From assembly GCA_009103225.1 (NCBI GenBank), contig RHPI01000273.1:60010-124009 (forward strand): a DNA stretch of 64,000 nucleotides. Direction: 5' to 3'. Of the stretch, positions 57,700 through 64,000 are shown in pieces. Position 1 is the first letter of the stretch; every line of letters begins with the position of its first letter. The position numbers and the translations under genes were made by a program. Source of the DNA: Chlorokybus atmophyticus. Lineage: Eukaryota; Plantae; Mesostigma and Chlorokybus algae. Under the pieces are notes generated by a model. It was not told the DNA's origin, did not search any database, and saw only the letters and a list, made by a program, of their open reading frames with translations.

Positions 57700-59450
57700 T
57701 TAATAATCAACGTAACGTTCATGCCACGGTACGTGCTACAATATTCAGTAAGTAATGCCAAGGTTACAACCATAAACATAATGCTAACTCAAATTACTTT
57801 AACGTTAAGATTCAACCAAACAAAAAATTGCATCATTAGGCCTCCATTTGGTCACGCATGAATTTGATCAAATGGGATCACTACGGTGACAACAGCCGTT
57901 GCTCAAAAAGGCAACGATTTGGCCAATCATTGCAGAGATGGATAAAGGATGCTAAAAACCATCTCGGCGGCAACTGCTAGCCAACGGCGACCCAATATTG
58001 CTAGCGATTCGGTGCCATTGCAGCACAGTTAATGGTTAAATCGGCCGCGTTTTTGGCGGTACGAGGTCGGGGCAGGCCCCATACCCCAAAACATGCCGCC
58101 ACTACTCACCCTCGTTCGAACTGATCCACTCTACCATGTAACGCTAATTGATTACACACTGTAGTTACTGCGTCATCAAACATGGCAACAGCCAAATAAT
58201 GAGGCTTTATTACGCATTTGAATGACATGTGATAAAGGCACCTGCCTATTGCCAGTGTGTAGCCAATTGGTTGATGACGTGCCCACCCCGGCCGCTCTGA
58301 ATACGGGCCTTTTGGCTGCAAGATGGGTCCCGGAGCGCGACGAGACTGATCAAGGGCCCATCAAGGGCCCGGGCGGCGTGCCTCGGGACCGAGACGCGTC
58401 ACGCCCAGGCCGGCGGGTGTTACGGCCCTTCGGACGTGAGATAATGGTCCCGATCTCGAAAGGCGAAGGCCGCGCGCGCGCGCCCGGGGGAGGCGTCCGC
58501 CGTTCGCGTCCGCTCGAGGTGCGTAACTGGGTTAAGGCATGTCGTGTCACCGCAAAGCTATGATAGCTCTGGGGTTGACGTAACCTCGTTATCGAAGCGT
58601 TGGTGGTGAAAAAGTATGATGCAGTGTTCGTGAGGCATGACCGATTATTGCAAGTTTAAATCTAAGCATCTATCGGTGTATGCTTCGTTCTCTCGGCGGC
58701 GCTTTACATGTCGCTGCCCGATGATCGGACGCTTCTTCTCGTATATTGGTACCGTGTGACGAGTTAGGCGCGTGAATTTTCCGGGACCCGTCGACGCGCT
58801 ATACTAATGCCTCCCATTAGAAACCTCGTACGCACAATACCCATCGGTATTCACTTTGTAAACGGCTTCATTGGCAGTTGCGTCACCCACGTTAAACATA
58901 TCGCTGCCGTTGATACAAGCAAGCCGTTAAAGTGGTCAACGTGACTAACGTGTGATTTGGCTGAAGTCCATGTTTCGTGCCCCTTATGTTAGCAGTTTAT
59001 CGTTGATATTAAGTGGTAGGGTGCGAAACAGGTAAAGCAAAGGTTAAAAGAATGGCATGTGTTTGGGGTGTACTGCCCGCCCCGACCTCGAACTGCCGAA
59101 AACGTGCGCGTTTTTACCGCTAACTGTTGCCAGGTTAGCTCCCGAAAGCCCGTAACCGGACTCGCCGTTGGGAATGGCGTTGCCGCTGAGATGCCTTCAA
59201 GACAGTCTTGAGCATCTTTGCAATGATTGGCATTTTCTTACCTTTTTGTGGCAACGGCCCTCGTCAAGTCTAAACACCATTTGCTGTATAGTTTATACAA
59301 CCGAACGGTAGTCCAACGGCGCTAATTTTGATTTAAATGAATCTTAACGTTGAGGTGTTTAAGGTTAGCATTATTTTGCTGATCGTGACCTTTGCGTTAT
59401 GCACTGTGAACCGCTGCACGTAACGTGGTAAAAACGTTATCATATAGTGT
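57700..59450. mobile_element. Non-autonomous long-TIR (foldback/MULE-like) element
   Basis: Colinear imperfect inverted arms of about 400 bp. Matches are 57799-57814 vs 59338-59353, 57922-57934 vs 59219-59231 and 58063-58076 vs 59077-59090, all symmetric about ~58576. The core is GC-rich with no credible ORF. Confidence 0.75.
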
Positions 59451-59719
59451 ACTACCTTAATAAGTATGTTTTAAGTATGTTACATGCTCGTACTATATGG
59501 ACCATATGAAATTGCATGCCGCCGTATGTGGAACTTGCGCGCGGTCGTGCAATGGTGTGGATGCAGCGCGCACCCGACGCGCCACGTGCGCCGCACCACT
59601 CGCTTCATCGGATACAGCGGAATACAACTCAATTGTGATCAATGCATGCGATAGTGCATATATGCATGGTAAAAGCGTATATGCTTCCATCATACAAATG
59701 AATACTACACATATGCGCA

Positions 59720-59809
59720 ATACTACCAGTATACATATATGTGTTTATATCCACAATAAAGTACTTATAATATACATAGACACACATGCATATTCATGTA
59801 TACTCATAT

Positions 59810-59847
<38 letters not shown>

Positions 59848-60145
59848 GTGTATATATGGGTGTGTGTATATATATATAAGAATATGTATATATATACATA
59901 CATATATACATATGCATATACACATATATACATATATACATATATATACACACACATATATATATGTATATACTTCTGTGTATACATATATACTTATATA
60001 CATACATAATTGTATATATATATATATATGTATTTAATCATGTGTATACTTATATATGTATATGAGTATACATGTACATATATATATATGTATATCTATG
60101 TATATTCTTAAAAACCTACATATGTATATACATTTATATGTATAT
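59720..60145. repeat. Degenerate (TA)n/(CA)n microsatellite tract
   Basis: Direct reading; it is the source of the spurious Y/I/V ORFs in the track. Confidence 0.9.
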
Positions 60146-61009
60146 TGTCATGCCATCTACCCTCGCATGCCAGTTCTTCTCAAGCATGCCTACACCCAGC
60201 CCCACGCCAGGGCTACCAGCATGAAGACCGCGCGAGCCCCAGCCTACTGCTAGCTACTGTATCACTCATGTAGCCTGTAGCTAGGGCTACTTTATAGACC
60301 TGTCTGTAGGGACCGCGCGTAGCTGATCAGTTGCAAGTCTGTTAAGAACACATGTGCTATATCAAGTCTTAGGAGATTTCCGAAATAGCATGAGGCCTCG
60401 ATGTGACCGTTGGCCTAGTGCCCGCGTGGCACTGCACAGTCATGATTTGACATGTATAAGTAGGAAGTCACGTCACCAGACTGGCTGGTGACACTGTAAG
60501 TGAGTACTGTGAGTACTAGGAGTACCAAGAAGTAAAGACTCTGTTTCTAAAGAGCTTGTGAAGCGACTTGAACTGGAAGCACGCTGCCCCGGTTGCCAAG
60601 AATTCCCTTGCTGCGTGAGACACGGTGCATGCTCTTGTGCGCTGTGCCTGCCATTGCTGTGAGCTTGACGGTGGTGTGTTGTTTCAGTAGTCAGGGTGTT
60701 GTATCCACGTGTTGCACACTCATTCACCTCACTTAACAGTGTATCATTCTATCCACTCATGCAAAGAACTGTGTCCACAGCACTACCTATCGTAGTGGCT
60801 TGTTGACTTACAGTGTCACCCTCTTTGCACAAGTGAGTGTGTTGCAATCTGCATCAGATAGTGCAGTCTGCACCCAGGGATACATCGCTGGGCATTTGTT
60901 ATCATTGTCATCGCATAGTGCGCACAAGCACTAGTGTGTTGGGTGGTAACAGCATCAGGATAGACGGTAGAGCACAAGCACTCTACCCTTTCACCTCTGG
61001 ACCAGCTGT

Positions 61010-64000
61010 ATGAGCAGGCCCACCCCGTTCTCCCCAATAGACGAGGGTGACCTCAGCAGTTGGAGCCCAACCACCAATCTCACCTACGAGCGGACCAGTG
61101 ACGGAAGCATCGACCGCAGCAGCAGAGGCTCGCGCTCCATCTCCAGCTTCACCCCGCTCCACTCTACTCCTCGTCATCCAGCTTCTCCACTATCATCGGA
61201 CAGCGACGACAACGAGATGGAATCTTCCAGTTCAACCACATCCCTGCGCTTCTCCGGACGTGCCGGCATCACCTCGCTGGATGAGTTCATCATCAAGTTC
61301 CACTCCAAGATGCGGCAGCAAGCACTGAAGAACAAGGACTGGTCAGATGAGATCTCTTTCCACATTGCTGCTCAGTATCTTGATCATGAAGCACACGATG
61401 TCTGGAAGTCCGTTGCTGAACTGCATCGAGTAGACGGCTATGGCGAGCTTGCCAGCACCATAGCATCTGCATCTCTGCACCGTCCAGCAGGTGTCGTTCC
61501 ACCTGCCACTTCAGTTGCAGTAACAGGCTTGACCATAGCTGCAGCTCTCAAGCAGGCAGAGGAGGAGGAACCAGAGTTGGTACTTGTCAACTTGACCCCT
61601 GCAGAAGTTGAGTCCAAGGAGGCCACACGTCGAGTCCGCATCCTTGACCGTTCTGCCATCATCATTGAGGAACAAAGAGCTGTACAGCAAGCGGCAGCCG
61701 CAGAGTGGGGTACTCCTCTACCTCCAGCAACACCTGGCTCTCGTGCAGGAGGCAGCGCTTTCACCCTCGGGTCAGTAGCACTGCGCGCACCAGCCATCAC
61801 CGTAGGTGCTGCCATCTCTGATTCTCCACTCAAGGACCTGTACGCTGCCCTGCGCCGTACCTTCCCTCCTCAGACCACCAGCAAGGTTGAGGAGCTGAGA
61901 CGCTTCCGACGCAAGCCCAATGAGGATCCCCTCCGCTTGTACTCCAGACTGGAAGGTCTGCTGAAGGACACTGACTACAAGATTGTCAGTGAGGAGGCTG
62001 CTGCAGTGATATACGTCAATGAGTTGGATGCTGCTCTGAGCGAGTCGACACGCCTGACTCTGAACTACAGCAGGCCCCTTGGCTACACCCTCAAAGAAGC
62101 CTTCGAGACTGCACAAGCCATCCACAAGCGCTTGGTGTATGAGAAGGCAGTGCTGGACACCAACCGCAGCGCCGTACGGCCTGTAGTCAGCACGACAACT
62201 GAGCCTCCTCGCCGCGACCGTGGCCGGGACGCTCCACCAGCACGCGACAAAGGGAAACGGTCAGCTCATGCTGCACTTGCTGCCCCTGTGCTGTGTCATC
62301 GCTGTGGACGGCATGGGCACTACCAAAAGGAGTGCACCGAAGAATACTCAACTTTGGTTTGCGACCACTGTCACAAGACTGGTCATTTGGAGTCAGTCTG
62401 CTGGCTCAAGTTCCCAGAGTTGAGGCCCGCCAACAGCTACAACCACAACTACTCCGGTGGCTACAACAGCAACAACACTGGAGGCCACACTGGCAACAAC
62501 TTCAGTGGCTACAACAGCAACAACACTGGAGGCCACACTGGCAACCACTTCAGTGGCTACAATAGCAACAACACTGGAGCCCACAACAGCAACAACGCTG
62601 GTGGCAGTAACAACAACAACAACGCCAGTGTTCGCAAGGAAGAGCAAGGCTACAGGGGGAAGAACAGACCTCCTCAGCGTAAGGGACCAGAGACACGTCC
62701 GCGCGCTGCTGCTGTTGCCGCCAAGGCTTCAGCCAACCCACCAGCTGATGACCATATGGCAGCCCTCATGGCGCGTATGGCACGCTTGGAGGAAGACAAG
62801 GAGCAGGACTACCGCGCCTGCTACGCTGCCCGATGGGCGCTGATGGCTGCAAAACGCGAGAGAGACAGGAACACTCCGTCCCGCGTGCAACCATCACGAC
62901 GAGCACGAGGGGAAGCTGCAACAACATCAGCAGGCACCTCCTCCAAAGCCACCAGTGGTGCTGCCTCCGCAGCAACAGCCACACCGGCTACAACGTCGAC
63001 TCCATCGACGTCAGCATTACCCACTCCAGTTGCACCACGACCTGGTACACCGGTGGGCACCGTGACGCCGACGCTGGTGAGCACCCTAGCAGCAGCCGCC
63101 ATCACTACCGAATCTGCACCAGTGGGCGGTGCACTTCCCACTGCAGCAGCGCCTCTGTCCGGGGGCGTTGAGACAACTCTCGTACCACTGACCGATACCG
63201 TCGCAACTGCCACAATGGCCATCGTCGAGCCCGCTGTCTCTGCAGCGACGCGCGCAGCCACTCTGCCCGCTCTCGACATCACTCAGGCTGTCCCAACTGG
63301 TCAGCAAGCTGAACGAGCATGGGAAACCATCCTGCGCGGAGCAGACCCCACTACCATCGCCTTCGGTCGGGGGGGGGAGCGCACCACGCGTGTCGCCCGC
63401 GATGATCGCGTCTTCCCGCTACCAGAGGTTCACACCCTTCCAGCACTCACTCAACACCAGTTAGAAGATGAGATCCTTGCTGGCACTGCACCTCCGATGC
63501 GTGACAGGGTGTTCTTGATCAGCTACAGTCCACCTGTAGTATTGGAGTTGGCTCTGCAGCTGTTCTGGGCGTTGCACAACAACATGCAGACCGCCCCGCG
63601 CCAGCCTGCACGCATGCCAACCACCACCTTTGAACCCAGCCCGTTGGACACGTATCGGGACCGCCGAGACGCCATCCAGCAGCGAATCGCCGACGCAGCC
63701 GACATGCCTTTGGGCACTGATGAAGCACTCGGACCTCCTACAACCGCTCGTCTTCATCAGCGCTACCACGCACTGGAACAAGCATATCATTGGCGACAGG
63801 ATCAAGCTGCCGCCATTGCTGCACGTGGTCAAGCTCTTGAAGCTGCACGTGCACCAATACCTCAGTCACCAACTGCTGGTCCATCCTCCAGCACCACTCC
63901 GCTCTTCGTCGGGACCAACTCTGACCAAGCGAAGGCGTTGGCTCAACAAACCAGGGGGGTGATCGCCCCGTTGCTGCCTGCGCTGGTGGAGGATCTACCT
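61010..64000 (+). mobile_element. Intact gag-like ORF of an LTR retroelement, 997+ codons, running off the window (absent from ORF track)
   Basis: Open from ATG 61010 to the window end with no stop found by hand translation. It has a capsid-like region (FSGRAGITSLDEFI...AAQYLDHEAHDVW; FRRKPNEDPLRLYSRL) and two CX2CX4HX4C knuckles (62294-62335, 62360-62401). TGTCA at 60146 may be the LTR start. Confidence 0.8.

Noticed and set aside
59745-60037. Y/I/V/C-rich ORFs
   Set aside because: They derive from TA/CA microsatellite.
60790-60815. 15-bp match (GTGGCTTGTTGACTT) to the PPT/LTR junction at 54068, suggesting paired LTRs
   Set aside because: The match does not extend on either side, so the two retroelements cannot be joined on this evidence.
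60940-60960. TGGTAACAGCAT as a tRNA-Met primer-binding site
   Set aside because: It is only a partial match and does not directly follow a CA LTR end.

Overview
This is eukaryotic, intron-rich (GT-AG) DNA from a flagellated green-lineage organism, probably a prasinophyte or early streptophyte alga. The taxon is inferred from plant-type LCAT4, ECI and GET2 genes sitting alongside ciliary CCDC113 and PKD2 and a K-domain-less MADS gene. The first 37 kb is gene-dense: LCAT3/4-like phospholipase (3' part), peroxisomal enoyl-CoA isomerase, CCDC113, PKD2, rhodanese, a plastid-targeted LarA/DUF2088 homologue, a MEF2-type MADS factor, a signal-anchored cupin, GET2 and an orphan secreted protein. Three of these form head-to-head pairs. 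The remaining 27 kb is mostly mobile DNA: a non-LTR RT relic, a decayed intron-containing Crypton (tyrosine recombinase + Gcr1_C-like), palindrome-built non-coding blocks, a decayed Ty3/gypsy pol ending in a PHD finger, a long-TIR foldback element, and an intact gag-like ORF of at least 997 codons that the ORF track misses. The most notable observation is the MADS gene, which appears to keep an animal/fungal-type MEF2 regulatory tail (alpha/HJURP_C-like motif, MAPK docking motif, SUMO consensus, C-terminal NLS) and the c.54 intron. Other standouts are a ~250-270 aa Ig-like/Pro-rich insertion in the PKD2 TOP domain and a LarA homologue lacking the catalytic histidines. All gene models were spliced by eye and all family assignments come from remembered motifs, not database searches. 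There are four N gaps.
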